Shown here one piece after another: positions 1 to 9,540 of a stretch of 32,000 nt of DNA. The translations under genes and the position numbers were made by a program. How positions within the stretch are numbered: the first letter of the stretch is position 1; each line of letters opens with the position of its first letter. The stretch is from Candidatus Heimdallarchaeota archaeon B3_Heim (GTDB taxonomy: Archaea > Asgardarchaeota > Heimdallarchaeia > Hodarchaeales > Hodarchaeaceae), in NCBI GenBank assembly GCA_003144275.1, contig NJBF01000006.1, positions 1 through 32,000 of the forward strand, in the 5' to 3' direction. Under the pieces are notes generated by a model that saw only the letters and a program-made list of their open reading frames with translations, was not told where the DNA came from and made no database searches.

Positions 1-277
1 TGTGTGCATTAAAGCACAGGCAGTTACAATATACATGTAATAAGAATGTAGTCAATGATGATTTATGTTTATACCACTGTTCTGCATTGTTTGGACGAGT
101 TTGACAATAGCTTAAGCCTCAGTTGTAAATTAAGTTTCTGGCCCACATGGGCTCACTGTTGTGTTTTCTAAGAGATCTTTGAGTTCATGTCTCTTGGAAG
201 CACATTTATTGATTGCCAGCCAACAGAATATTTCCAACAAAGCCAGCCATGTGACTCATCAGTTTATGTATTTTCAG

Positions 278-358
278 CTTATTTCATACCCAATGTTCAC
301 GTGGAAGGGAAAGCAGTCAAAACAGACAACATGGTCAGAGCACCCATGAGATCACCAG
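278..358 (+). CDS. Internal exon A of a eukaryotic xanthine dehydrogenase/aldehyde oxidase-like gene (Mo-cofactor domain)
   Basis: Acceptor tattttcag|278 and donor 358|gttgagt. Translates (x)YFIPNVHVEGKAVKTDNMVRAPMRSP and ends in phase 1. Resembles the YxIPN..G...KT......MRxP motif of XDH/AO. Confidence 0.7.
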
Positions 359-561
359 GTTGAGTTATTTTCCAATGCTAAAAGGAGTTTGAAATAAACA
401 AAAAGCACCATATTACTCAAATACTATAAATCATTACTAGTATTAGAATATGCTGTTCTTAATATGGCTGTGAAAAGGGTGCTCTGGTGAAGCAGTTTTG
501 AGAGGGGGGATATAATGGCACTGAAATAGCCATTATTATTGGTGCTCTTCACTTTTGCCAG

Positions 562-671
562 AAAACTCCCAGGTTGCCATTCTAACCGAGCAAATCATAG
601 AGAAAGTGGCCTTCCACCTGAACATGGATGCCTGGCAAGTCAAAGAGCTCAACCTCCTGTTTAGTGCAAAG
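562..671 (+). CDS. Internal exon B of the same XDH/aldehyde oxidase-like gene
   Basis: Acceptor ctcttcacttttgccag|562 and donor aag|gtatgg at 672. Phase 1 start joins exon A (G+AA=Glu) to give MRSPENSQVAILTEQIIEKVAFHLNMDAWQVKELNL, like the AO motif RxP..Q....E.IIE.VA..L..D...V...NL. The other two frames contain stops. Confidence 0.7.
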
Positions 672-982
672 GTATGGTATATGTGCACCTATTTTCAGGT
701 AACACTTACTTCTTTAACCAGTTTGATTTTGCCTGAAGTGACACAAATAGCATGACACATTTATAGCTATTGTGAAGTGTGTACTTCATTTATGATCCCA
801 CTCTTTATGGTAAATATGAACCACATTTCCTACAGCATAAATTATCATAAAGTTCCAGTAGCATGGATACATTGAACAACTGTATAGCACCATGCATACT
901 TCTATTAAAAAACATTAAAAGGATATTACAAGGATCCTTCACCCTGTTTTAAAAGCCAACATCAACAAAGATATACTGGTAC

Positions 983-1708
983 TCAGAAACGTAAATGCTG
1001 TACTTTTTCAAGGGCTTCAGTGGCATTGCCAAGAGTTTCTGATGCTTTCTTTTCAGCGGCACCAGTAATTTTTTCTGCTTCATGATCAGCAGCCAATTCG
1101 CGACTTCGTGATATCGCCATTTGTATCATCAGAGCAGCCATAGGTGCAACAATCCATGTAACTATTAATGCTAAAGGATTTACATTATTCTCCCTATCAG
1201 AAAAACTAAACCAAATAGCCATTCGAGAAACAAACATGATTGCAGTAGCAAACATCGCAGCAATAGATTGAATAAGCGTATCCCAATGTTTAACGTGGCT
1301 TAGCTCATGAGCTAGAACACCATCCAATTCATCTGACGACATCATCTCTAAAAGGCCTGTATGGACTGCAATAACAGCTTTTCCAGGCGAACGACCTGTT
1401 GCAAATGCGTTAGGAGTCGGATTTTTAACAATAGCAATACGAGGTTGGGGGATACCAGCACTTTGAGCTAATCGTGCAACGCGTGAGTATAACGCGGGTG
1501 CTTGGTGTTCATCAACAACGGTAGCTCTGGTCATCTTAAGAACCAGTGAGTCTGAAAACCAGTAAGATAAGAAGACGAATAAAGCCGAAAATATTAGGAA
1601 TACCATTGGCGAAACATTAAAGACTAGTGAAATTATATAGAATAATCCCAGTAATACTCCAAATAACATTCCAGTTTTCAATAAGTTTGTAATATCCATA
1701 TCTATCAT
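983..1708 (-). CDS. htpX: Zinc metalloprotease HtpX (M48); C-terminus abnormal or truncated
   Basis: PNAFATGRSP, VLAHELSHVKHWD (HExxH) and SRSRELAAD motifs plus N-terminal TM helices. The usual C-terminal THP..RI segment is absent. Confidence 0.9.
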   Translation of the reverse strand: MIDMDITNLLKTGMLFGVLLGLFYIISLVFNVSPMVFLIFSALFVFLSYWFSDSLVLKMTRATVVDEHQAPALYSRVARLAQSAGIPQPRIAIVKNPTPNAFATGRSPGKAVIAVHTGLLEMMSSDELDGVLAHELSHVKHWDTLIQSIAAMFATAIMFVSRMAIWFSFSDRENNVNPLALIVTWIVAPMAALMIQMAISRSRELAADHEAEKITGAAEKKASETLGNATEALEKVQHLRF

Positions 1709-1861
1709 CGTTTTTTATAGTTTTTACTTCGCTAATAATCACTTAAAACAAGAATAGTTTTCCTTAAAGTGACTAGCTTCGAGGGTCAGCATTTCAATGA
1801 GGACTTACTTCTCTGAAAAACTTATTCAATCAGAGTATTTCGGGAAAAGAAGTAACCTAGG

Positions 1862-1877
1862 AAAAAAAAGAAAGAAA
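1862..1877 (-). terminator. Possible archaeal oligo-T terminator after the 1886-2263 gene
   Basis: Minus strand reads tttctttcttttttt about 10 nt after the stop codon. Confidence 0.35.
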
Positions 1878-1885
1878 TGGTGAAA

Positions 1886-2263
1886 TTAAATAAAATTGTC
1901 AAGAAGGAGAACAATTCCACCAATTAAGACTAGGAGTCCACCAAGGCCAGCGCCTAGAATTCCCACCACGATATAAATAATTCCCCAAACGAAGAGGTCG
2001 CCTTTACCTCTACCAGCTAGCTGTTGGTATCCGTAAATAGCTACAATACCCAAAATAATCATGAGAGCAGCAGCAACTAACCAGTCATTTGATCCACCTA
2101 CGGCATCACCAACGAAGTTCATACCTAGATCAATTCCAAATTGATCAAGCTCATAAACTGCCTGATCCAACACATTATTAAGGATCTTTATAATGCCAAG
2201 GACAACCATGAGGATACCGCCAATGACACCTAATATTCTTCCTATAAATTTTAAATCTGCCAT
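1886..2263 (-). CDS. Small multi-pass membrane protein, function unknown
   Basis: Gly-rich hydrophobic helices. ATG at 2263 (MADLK) is preferred over the upstream GTG at 2272. Confidence 0.75.
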   Translation of the reverse strand: MADLKFIGRILGVIGGILMVVLGIIKILNNVLDQAVYELDQFGIDLGMNFVGDAVGGSNDWLVAAALMIILGIVAIYGYQQLAGRGKGDLFVWGIIYIVVGILGAGLGGLLVLIGGIVLLLDNFI

Positions 2264-3181
2264 TTTTATCACAGTTTGTTTTTAATCTTTCCAAATCCAA
2301 GAGATTTTAGGGATTTTGGATACGAATGTAGATTGGTCTTGAGGGAAAATATATACTTTATGCGGAATTATTTGACGTATATTTAATTAAATGAGTAATA
2401 ATGGAAATTCTTTCTTCATTCTTGTAGTCTGGAAAGCATTAACTATTATTGGATATCTTAAGGAAATTTGTTAGAAATTGGGCAAAATTACTAAGTTAGA
2501 AAATATAACCTTAACTTTGTATAAGAATCTGACAAATTTTTGGAGATTCAGGAATAAATATATACAGAACTGTTGGAAAATAATAATAAAATCATCTAGT
2601 CAAATTTTGAAGGCATTAGGTATACTGATCTAATGAATATCTATCCAGGTCTATGGTCATACTAATTTTAACAAGGAAAATGGTGGATTAATTACTGGAG
2701 CAGTTACTTTCAGTGAAGAATCTTAATTTTAAAACAAATTTATGCCTTATACAAGAGACTAGCAACACAGTATGCTATAAATTATAAGAAAGTAATTTCT
2801 GAACCCCATTATCGCGTAATTCACAAATAATTTCCTCATTTTATGTATAATAATCAAATCTACTGGCTTGAAATACAGAATAACCATGTCTAGTACGAAT
2901 TATGTTTTATCTTACCATATGAACAAAGTTCACATGTTCATATGAACTTTCATATTTGTGCATAAAAAAAAATTTTGTCACGATCAAAGTTATTTAGATC
3001 TGAATATGATTGGTGCAACGTTATCACTGGAAAGACACATCATTAAAATCATTGATAAATCACAAAAACGAGAGTTTGAGGGATTTTACCAATATAAGAA
3101 ATCACCTATCCTTTCAGTGGAAAATATTCATCCAAAGTCCCTTTTGTGATGGCCACATAATATGGCAAATTCAAGAGGCCT

Positions 3182-3803
3182 GTGATTGATGCAGTACTGA
3201 TCTTAGACCGAAATAGATCGTTTAGTCAAACAAACAAGCGTTATCTTACGATTGTAGATAGGGACTATGACTTAATGCTTGGGCGTAGGATAAGAAGCCC
3301 AAACTTACTCTATTCTGATAAACGTGATCTCGAGTGTATGCTCTACACATCAACAGCTTTAGAGAAAGTTCTTATCCAAAATGTCTCTTCAGAAAATATA
3401 TTCCGAATTCAACACAAACCAATTTCTTCCTATGCTTGAAGAATGGCAGAACTATGATTTTTTAACAGCCTTATTGATAAAATTAGATGATGGATTACTT
3501 CTTGAATGGGTTGATAAACTCCCGTTGGCACAAAAACTTTATTTTATGAATCTATTATTGGATGTAGATCATACTCGGTATGAAAAATTAATCTCTAATC
3601 TCTTTCTTCCACTAGAAGCTTCAGATTGGGAAAAGCAGATAATAGAAAATGAACATCAGGATCTATCCTGGATTTCAAAAACACATCCAAGAGTCTATCA
3701 ACAAATTAAAAAGCAAATGGCGATTAAGAAGTGCCACGAAATTATCGATTCAGGAATTTTGTATAACATTAGGGAGGATATTAATGGATTGAAAAACCCT
3801 TAG
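3182..3803 (+). pseudogene. Disrupted DUF4435 (TOPRIM-like, AriB-related) gene
   Basis: IVDRDYD...SPNLLYSDKRDLECMLYTSTALEKVL resembles the DUF4435 core. An in-frame TAA lies a few codons upstream, and the coding potential continues in a second frame (3381-3803). Confidence 0.55.
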
Positions 3804-4124
3804 AAGATTGGAGGTTGCAACATCTGTCGCGGCGTGATGAACCATATCGGGGGCATTAGCTTTGCCTGAGGCCTCTTTTTCCATAATCTTATGGTCAACA
3901 TAGGCAATGGCCCCTTCATCTAGAGAGACGGTGAAAAATACGCTGAAAGACTCGTTAAAACCCCCACAAACTGGTTTTAACCCCCAGCGTTCAAAAACTG
4001 GAAAAGACTGGAGGTTTGGATAACACTGATGTTCAGTAAAGAATCACTGGAATAATTTATATATTAAAAAAATTTTCTCTGTAGTTTACAGTTCTGGAAG
4101 TTGTTGGAAGTAGGAGATTGGAAG

Positions 4125-4538
4125 ATGTCGTCTAATGAGGAAAAAATCGAATTTACACTCGAATTGGCCAGTAAACATGAATCGAATATACCGAAACTAA
4201 GTTTTTTAAGCTCGGAATTGGAAAGTAACATCAAACAGTTAGGTGAGACGGAAGTTATCAAAGAATCAATTCCAAAGGCTAAAGGGGCCTTTGGAAAAAT
4301 TAAGGTAATATCGTTGACCAAAGGAGTCAAATATGTTCTCAGAAGAATTAGTGATACCCTTATTAACTCCATTTCGGGTCAAAGAATAAGAATCGGAACA
4401 CCTAGAGGTTGGTTCTTTGAAGGACGGGTGAAAAGAGAAGAACGTGATAAAATAGTCGATGCGCTTCTAAAAGCATTGGCTGATAAGAAAGAACTTAAAC
4501 AACCCCAATCTTTTACTATGGAGTTTGATCCTGATTAA
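4125..4538 (+). CDS. EACC1-like (effector-associated constant component 1) small protein
   Basis: AGGAG 8 nt before ATG 4125. Contains IPKAKG (cf. the P.GAKG motif), a following amphipathic helix and a C-terminal [11 protein letters not shown]. Overlaps a caspase gene, which is the established EACC1 context. Confidence 0.6.
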   Translation: MSSNEEKIEFTLELASKHESNIPKLSFLSSELESNIKQLGETEVIKESIPKAKGAFGKIKVISLTKGVKYVLRRISDTLINSISGQRIRIGTPRGWFFEGRVKREERDKIVDALLKALADKKELKQPQSFTMEFDPD

Positions 4539-7218
4539 TGAAACTATAAAAGAATTTGAAGCCGAACAGAAATGCGCCATCATCGTTTACACCGCGGAAT
4601 ACGAGAAAGATTACCTCAAGCTCAGTGATACTCTGTCTAATTCCGATATTGGTGGGTACCAACAAGTATTCCCAATTAAATTTGAAAATGGGACGCAACT
4701 TACTAAATCGTTGATTAATGTCTTTCAAGGATTTCGTGATGGAAAATTAAAAAATCCTCATCTAATTGTATTCTATTTCTCTTGCCATGGAGTTCGGGGT
4801 TCAGGTACATACTTTTTATCTACAAAAGCGACTCCGGAATCCCAACATGACAAACTTCGTTTTCTAGTAATAAATGATTTATTGGATGAGTCTTGCAAGG
4901 TCTATAAGCAAGTTTTACTTATAGACAGTTGTTTTAGCAATTTAACGAAAGGAGAAATGTCGATAAGGAATAGTCATGTTCCAGTTCCAACAACAAATGA
5001 CCTCACAGGCAGAGGCCGATTTACTATCTGTTCATCTGACTCTTATCAGATTTCTGAGCATGACCCGTCTAAAAAAACCTCTGTGTTTACTGATGTCCTT
5101 GTTGACGCGTTGACTTCAGGTGAAGCCGATGAAAATGAAGATGGAATAGTCACGGCAGAGGAACTCCGTAGAACTCTCAGCATGAGAGTTAAAAAAAAAT
5201 ATGATCAAAAATCGATCAGCTGGGATTGTGATAGAGAAGGAGTCATTTACCTAGCAAAAAATCCCAATTATCTTGAAATTCCCCTCCAATTAAAGACTTT
5301 AATCCGACCTTTAGCGTGGATATTTACAGAAGACTATTTAAATCAACAACAGATTGAAAAAATACCTATGGCGTTTGAAATTAATGATTTAGTGCGACCT
5401 ATCTCTGAAACAGAAGAGCCTGATTCATGGTATTCTATCTGGTGTGAACATTGGGAACAAAAAGATTGGAAAACCCACAAACGCTGGATAAACAACCGAA
5501 TAACCTATTTTTTGAGCGGTACCAGGGGGTTGACCACAAGTTGTTTGAGTGATATTCTCTTGATGGTTCCCCCCCTCGAACGATCTGTTACTCCTTTATA
5601 TGAACAGTTGATGGACGAACAACGAACTGCCATTTTTGCGCCTTCAGGAACAGGAAAAAGTCGAAAAATGTTGTTTTTAGCGGCTTGGTGGAAGAAAAAT
5701 CATCGACAAGGGGATATTTTCATTTGTAGTAGCCCACAAGAATTGACACACCATGATTGGGCAGATCTTGTGCGGTTATCAGAGGAAAGAACCACTAAAA
5801 GAAACAGACCTGTTTTATATATTTTCGATGATCTCCATCATAACTCAACAGAAGTGCACCTACAAGTGAAATCCTTGCTTGAAAATAGAAAAAGCATGAA
5901 TTTGTTTCTCCTTGGTGGTTATACAACCACGATATATGATGATACTACAAAGCTCAAGAAAATCAGAAGAGATTGGACTGGAATAACCAGTTCACGAATT
6001 GACGCAAATCAGGAATGGAGGGATTGGAAACCGTTTTTTCAAAAATGGAGTGAATGGGTTACAAAAGTCAAGGGAGGAGAAATTACCGCTAAAATTAAAC
6101 CGCATGAGTGGGACTCAATTACATCGCCATGGGAAGTGGCTGTAATTCTGGGAGATACCGTTAAAAAAATTAAAGAATATTTTGCTGAAACAACAGATAG
6201 TAATGTATGCCAAAAATTTATTTATTGGCTACTTGCTGCACTTTTCCTCCTTACTGGAGAAAAAGCTGTGGCTGTTAGTGAAGTTGTTCATGTACTAGTG
6301 CATTCAACCGACGGATTTCAGAATTTACTAAAGCGTGTGTTTGCTTTAAGCGAAATAGGGAATATTACTGAAGAACTCTTGATTTTGTTTAAGTCATGGG
6401 AATGTCCTACTGAGGAAGGATTTCGACTAATACCTCCCCGTCCAGTCTATGACCTCGAAATGGATGAAGAAACTGTGGACTTCTTTCATCAACGGCTAGC
6501 AGATGATTTATTGAAAACGGATGATAAAATAAAACACCTTTTAGTGAAGTGTTTTGAGCAGGCATATGAAGGATTCAAAGAAGCAACCCATGCTTGGGGG
6601 TTCATTTCATCATGGAAGACTTTATCATACTGGATTAAAATTGAAAATAAGCATATAATTGAAATGTCCCTGAATGATATTCCCTATAAGATTGATAATC
6701 GTGAATGGCGTGATAATCTTGAATGGATTGGTAATCTGAAACGACTAGAACGCCTTGATTTAAGAAGTAACTACCTCTCTGCTCTGCCTGAATCGATTGG
6801 TAATCTGAAACGACTAGAACGCCTTGATTTAGATGGTAACCGCCTCTCTGCTCTGCCTGAATCGATTGGTAATCTGAAACGACTAGAACACCTTGATTTA
6901 AGAAACGACCGGTTCTATGACAATGAATCGGTTGGTAACCAACTCTCTGCTCTGCCTGAATCGATTGGCAATCTGCAAAGACTAAAAACTCTTGATTTAA
7001 AGGGTAACCAGCTCTCTACTCTGCCTGAATCGATTGGCGATCTACAACAACTAAGAACCCTTGTTTTAGGGTACAACCAGTTCTCTACTCTGCCTGAATC
7101 GATTGGCGATCTAAAAGAGTTAAGAACCCTTGATTTAGGAGGTAACCAGCTCTCTACTCTGCCTGAATCGATTGGCGATCTGAGACAACTACTAATAAAC
7201 TGTAACATAATACTATGA
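4525..7218 (+). CDS. Caspase-like (C14) protease - STAND-type P-loop NTPase - LRR protein (NLR-like)
   Basis: YFSCHG (His88) and LLIDSCFS (Cys136) dyad; SVFT..LV.AL..GEAD.NEDG.VTAEEL tail; Walker A APSGTGKS (372-379); Walker B VLYIFDD (D435/D436); FFHQRLAD at the end of a winged-helix-like region; six 23-aa LRRs. TTG start is uncertain. Confidence 0.85.
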   Translation: MILINETIKEFEAEQKCAIIVYTAEYEKDYLKLSDTLSNSDIGGYQQVFPIKFENGTQLTKSLINVFQGFRDGKLKNPHLIVFYFSCHGVRGSGTYFLSTKATPESQHDKLRFLVINDLLDESCKVYKQVLLIDSCFSNLTKGEMSIRNSHVPVPTTNDLTGRGRFTICSSDSYQISEHDPSKKTSVFTDVLVDALTSGEADENEDGIVTAEELRRTLSMRVKKKYDQKSISWDCDREGVIYLAKNPNYLEIPLQLKTLIRPLAWIFTEDYLNQQQIEKIPMAFEINDLVRPISETEEPDSWYSIWCEHWEQKDWKTHKRWINNRITYFLSGTRGLTTSCLSDILLMVPPLERSVTPLYEQLMDEQRTAIFAPSGTGKSRKMLFLAAWWKKNHRQGDIFICSSPQELTHHDWADLVRLSEERTTKRNRPVLYIFDDLHHNSTEVHLQVKSLLENRKSMNLFLLGGYTTTIYDDTTKLKKIRRDWTGITSSRIDANQEWRDWKPFFQKWSEWVTKVKGGEITAKIKPHEWDSITSPWEVAVILGDTVKKIKEYFAETTDSNVCQKFIYWLLAALFLLTGEKAVAVSEVVHVLVHSTDGFQNLLKRVFALSEIGNITEELLILFKSWECPTEEGFRLIPPRPVYDLEMDEETVDFFHQRLADDLLKTDDKIKHLLVKCFEQAYEGFKEATHAWGFISSWKTLSYWIKIENKHIIEMSLNDIPYKIDNREWRDNLEWIGNLKRLERLDLRSNYLSALPESIGNLKRLERLDLDGNRLSALPESIGNLKRLEHLDLRNDRFYDNESVGNQLSALPESIGNLQRLKTLDLKGNQLSTLPESIGDLQQLRTLVLGYNQFSTLPESIGDLKELRTLDLGGNQLSTLPESIGDLRQLLINCNIIL
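6727..7190 (+). repeat. 69-bp coding tandem repeat (six LRR units plus a partial seventh)
   Basis: Units start at 6727, 6796, 6865, 6964, 7033, 7102 and 7171. Unit 3 is 30 nt longer. The 19-mer CTCTGCCTGAATCGATTGG is identical at all six junctions. Confidence 0.95.
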
Positions 7219-7973
7219 CAAATGAGCACCAGATTGTTACTTACACTGAATATTTGATTATCTTTCTGTTCATTCCCCACTGTTTTTTTAGATGTTCCTC
7301 ATCACAACGATGAGGACGATAATATCCCCTTCTTCCCTTTCTTTTGGTGGTATGAGTTTAGATAGATTTTACTGTTTAGTATTATAGAATACTGTTTTGG
7401 TGAATCATTCATTATAAAAGCGTAAGATGATGCCTTATGTAGGTTTAATTCGTAATCTAATGTTAGTAAGCTCATGAGCCCGAAAACAAAGACTATCGAA
7501 ATCATTTTATTTTTATTCAGTTATGTCTCCACCATTCATCAGTTCATAAAGAAATCGAATATTTTCACATCGATGAATCTCCACAATCAATAGCCTATAG
7601 ACGGAATAATTGAATCTATACATGTATAAATTGTTTTATAAGAAAATGCTTTAGCAAATCTAACAATATCATATTCTTTTTAAGGTTTTTAGATGGAATC
7701 GGTGAAGATTATTTCTTTTTCTTTAATTCTATACACTGCTTCTTGACTATTACTAATAAAATTTCCCATAAATTGCAGAAATAGCCTCTGTAATCCTTCA
7801 AACTCTCTAAAAAGATGAATTATAAATCCTGAATTAAAACTTTGACTCATAAATTCCTCTATTATTTCCCATGTTTCATCTAAACATTTTTGATATTCTT
7901 TGCGATTGGATAATGATAATTTGGTTGTTTTCCCTGAATGAATGTCTTTTATCGAAATAAGTAGGCCTCCTCA

Positions 7974-9056
7974 TTAAGAAAAGGAATACTTGGATAGCAT
8001 TTGCCAAATACTCTTATAAACTTCAGAGGCTAATTCGAGTGAAAAATCGCGTTCTAGTTGAGTTTTACGGAAGAGACCGCCGTTTAAATATGGAAGTGGT
8101 TCAAACTCGTCTAACACATCTATCCGTTGTTCTGGTTCCTTGTTAAAAACTTCAAAGAATAATTTTTGGAATAGATAATGATGAAAAGTTTCTTCATGCA
8201 TCAAAATTGTATCTACTGGATCCAACGGAAGGAGTCTCCATTCTTTGAGCACTTTGACAAATAATAATCTGAAGAAAATCGTTCTATAATACGACACCAA
8301 ATTCTTGCTTTTTTCTTCAAGAGTCCATTTAGAATGAATGTTAGTGAAATAGCGTTCCGGGTCTGTTATAATGGAGTCAAAGAGCTCAATATAATCGTCG
8401 TAGAAGAGGGCAATTGTCTGTTTTTGCTGCTCAAATTGCTCAACCACATAATTCGGAATCTTACCATGATATGTCCTATATATAAGTTCTAACGCCACTT
8501 CTGGATTCAGTTTTTGCTCTATCATCCCATACCCTTCACTTTTCTTCGTATAAAGGATCCAATCTACAAAATTCGTAGCTATACCATGAAAATCCTCATA
8601 CAACCCCTCAAATTCCCGAAACCAACGAGCAACCTGTCCTAATCCGTGCTCAGGATCATCGGTTAGAGATCTCCCAATCGGTTCAACCTCAATCAGCAAT
8701 CCCTTACCTGCTTCATCCCCACTTTTAATGAGATAGTCAGGCCACTTTATAACATCCCGCGCTTCATAGCTTAGTCTTTTTCGCTGTAGAAGTGCCTCAC
8801 GCGCTAATTCTTCGCTTGGGATGCCTAAATTATTAAACAACATTTCAATAAATTGACTAGTAACCGTTTCGGGTTTGACCTTTGGATCAAACCATTTACT
8901 ATCAACATCAATATAACGATGTTCGGAGACTCTATCAAAGAGCATGCTACTGTCAATTAACTGGTCAAATCTCCCTTTAAATGCTTCTTGACAATCAAGT
9001 AGAATATCATTGTATGACTTACTAGGCAAACTCTCCACTTCTTTCTGTCTCGTCAC
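7974..9056 (-). pseudogene. N-terminal part (endonuclease plus helical domain) of a type IIG/Eco57I-like restriction-modification enzyme; methyltransferase half missing
   Basis: WPDYLI..LLIEVEP (PD-(D/E)xK-like), GIATNFVDWILY, RLLFVKVL, LFFEVFNK.PE.R and LPYLNGGLF. The ORF stops where the MTase domain normally begins. Confidence 0.7.
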
Positions 9057-9313
9057 ACCTTTAATATTTTTAATTCTTTCTATAATTAGCTAGTTTATTC
9101 CTATAAGAAAATCGTGATATCTGACCGAGTCCTAAAGAATCAGATTCAAGAAAAAAATACTGCGACGTTAAGAATAAAATTAGAACAATAGCTATGATGT
9201 AGCTACGCTTGGGAATTTTACTAAAACTAAATTAACAAAAATCTTTATTCTCATTTCCATTAAACAAAAATGTCGTACTATTTAAATAAACATTTTTTTT
9301 CATTTTTATTAGC

Positions 9314-9523
9314 TTTTTAGTTATTCTCTGAGGTTTAACTTGTCAATTTATCCTATTTTACTTTGTTTTTAAATGTTATATTTTGTATAATCTTTACTTT
9401 CATTTTCAGCAGATGCCAACCTCAGAGTAATTAAATGACTACTATTCTTAATAATATTGACGTTTTTAGTCATTTTCTGAGGTTTAATTTACTAATTTAA
9501 CCTAGTTAACTTTGTTTTTATAT
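9314..9523. repeat. Pair of imperfect 61-bp direct repeats with an internal inverted partial copy
   Basis: 9314-9374 vs 9463-9523 match at 51/61 positions. AACCTCAGAG (9418-9427) is the reverse complement of CTCTGAGGTT (9326-9335). Confidence 0.8.
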
Positions 9524-9540
9524 TTTCCATTTTTTAATCT

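Larger units (their letters stand above)
1..980. other. Foreign, eukaryote-like genomic segment (probable chimeric join or contaminant); right boundary uncertain, between ~980 and ~1085
   Basis: I count 5 CG dinucleotides in 1-1080 versus 4 in the next 40 nt. No prokaryote-like long ORF. Contains GT-AG bounded exons with polypyrimidine tracts. Confidence 0.8.

Noticed and set aside
2390-2640. Possible degraded LRR gene (LGKITKLENITL)
   Set aside because: A single weak match interrupted by stops, with no periodicity.
6727-7190. Constant 19-33 nt boxes with variable intervening sequence as a CRISPR-like array
   Set aside because: The period is 69 nt (23 codons), the intervening parts are homologous to each other, and they encode canonical LRRs.
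9240-9540. TAA/TAG-rich frames suggesting ciliate-code coding DNA
   Set aside because: The two repeat copies are in different frames (offset 149), TGA stops intervene, and an ad hoc intron would be needed.
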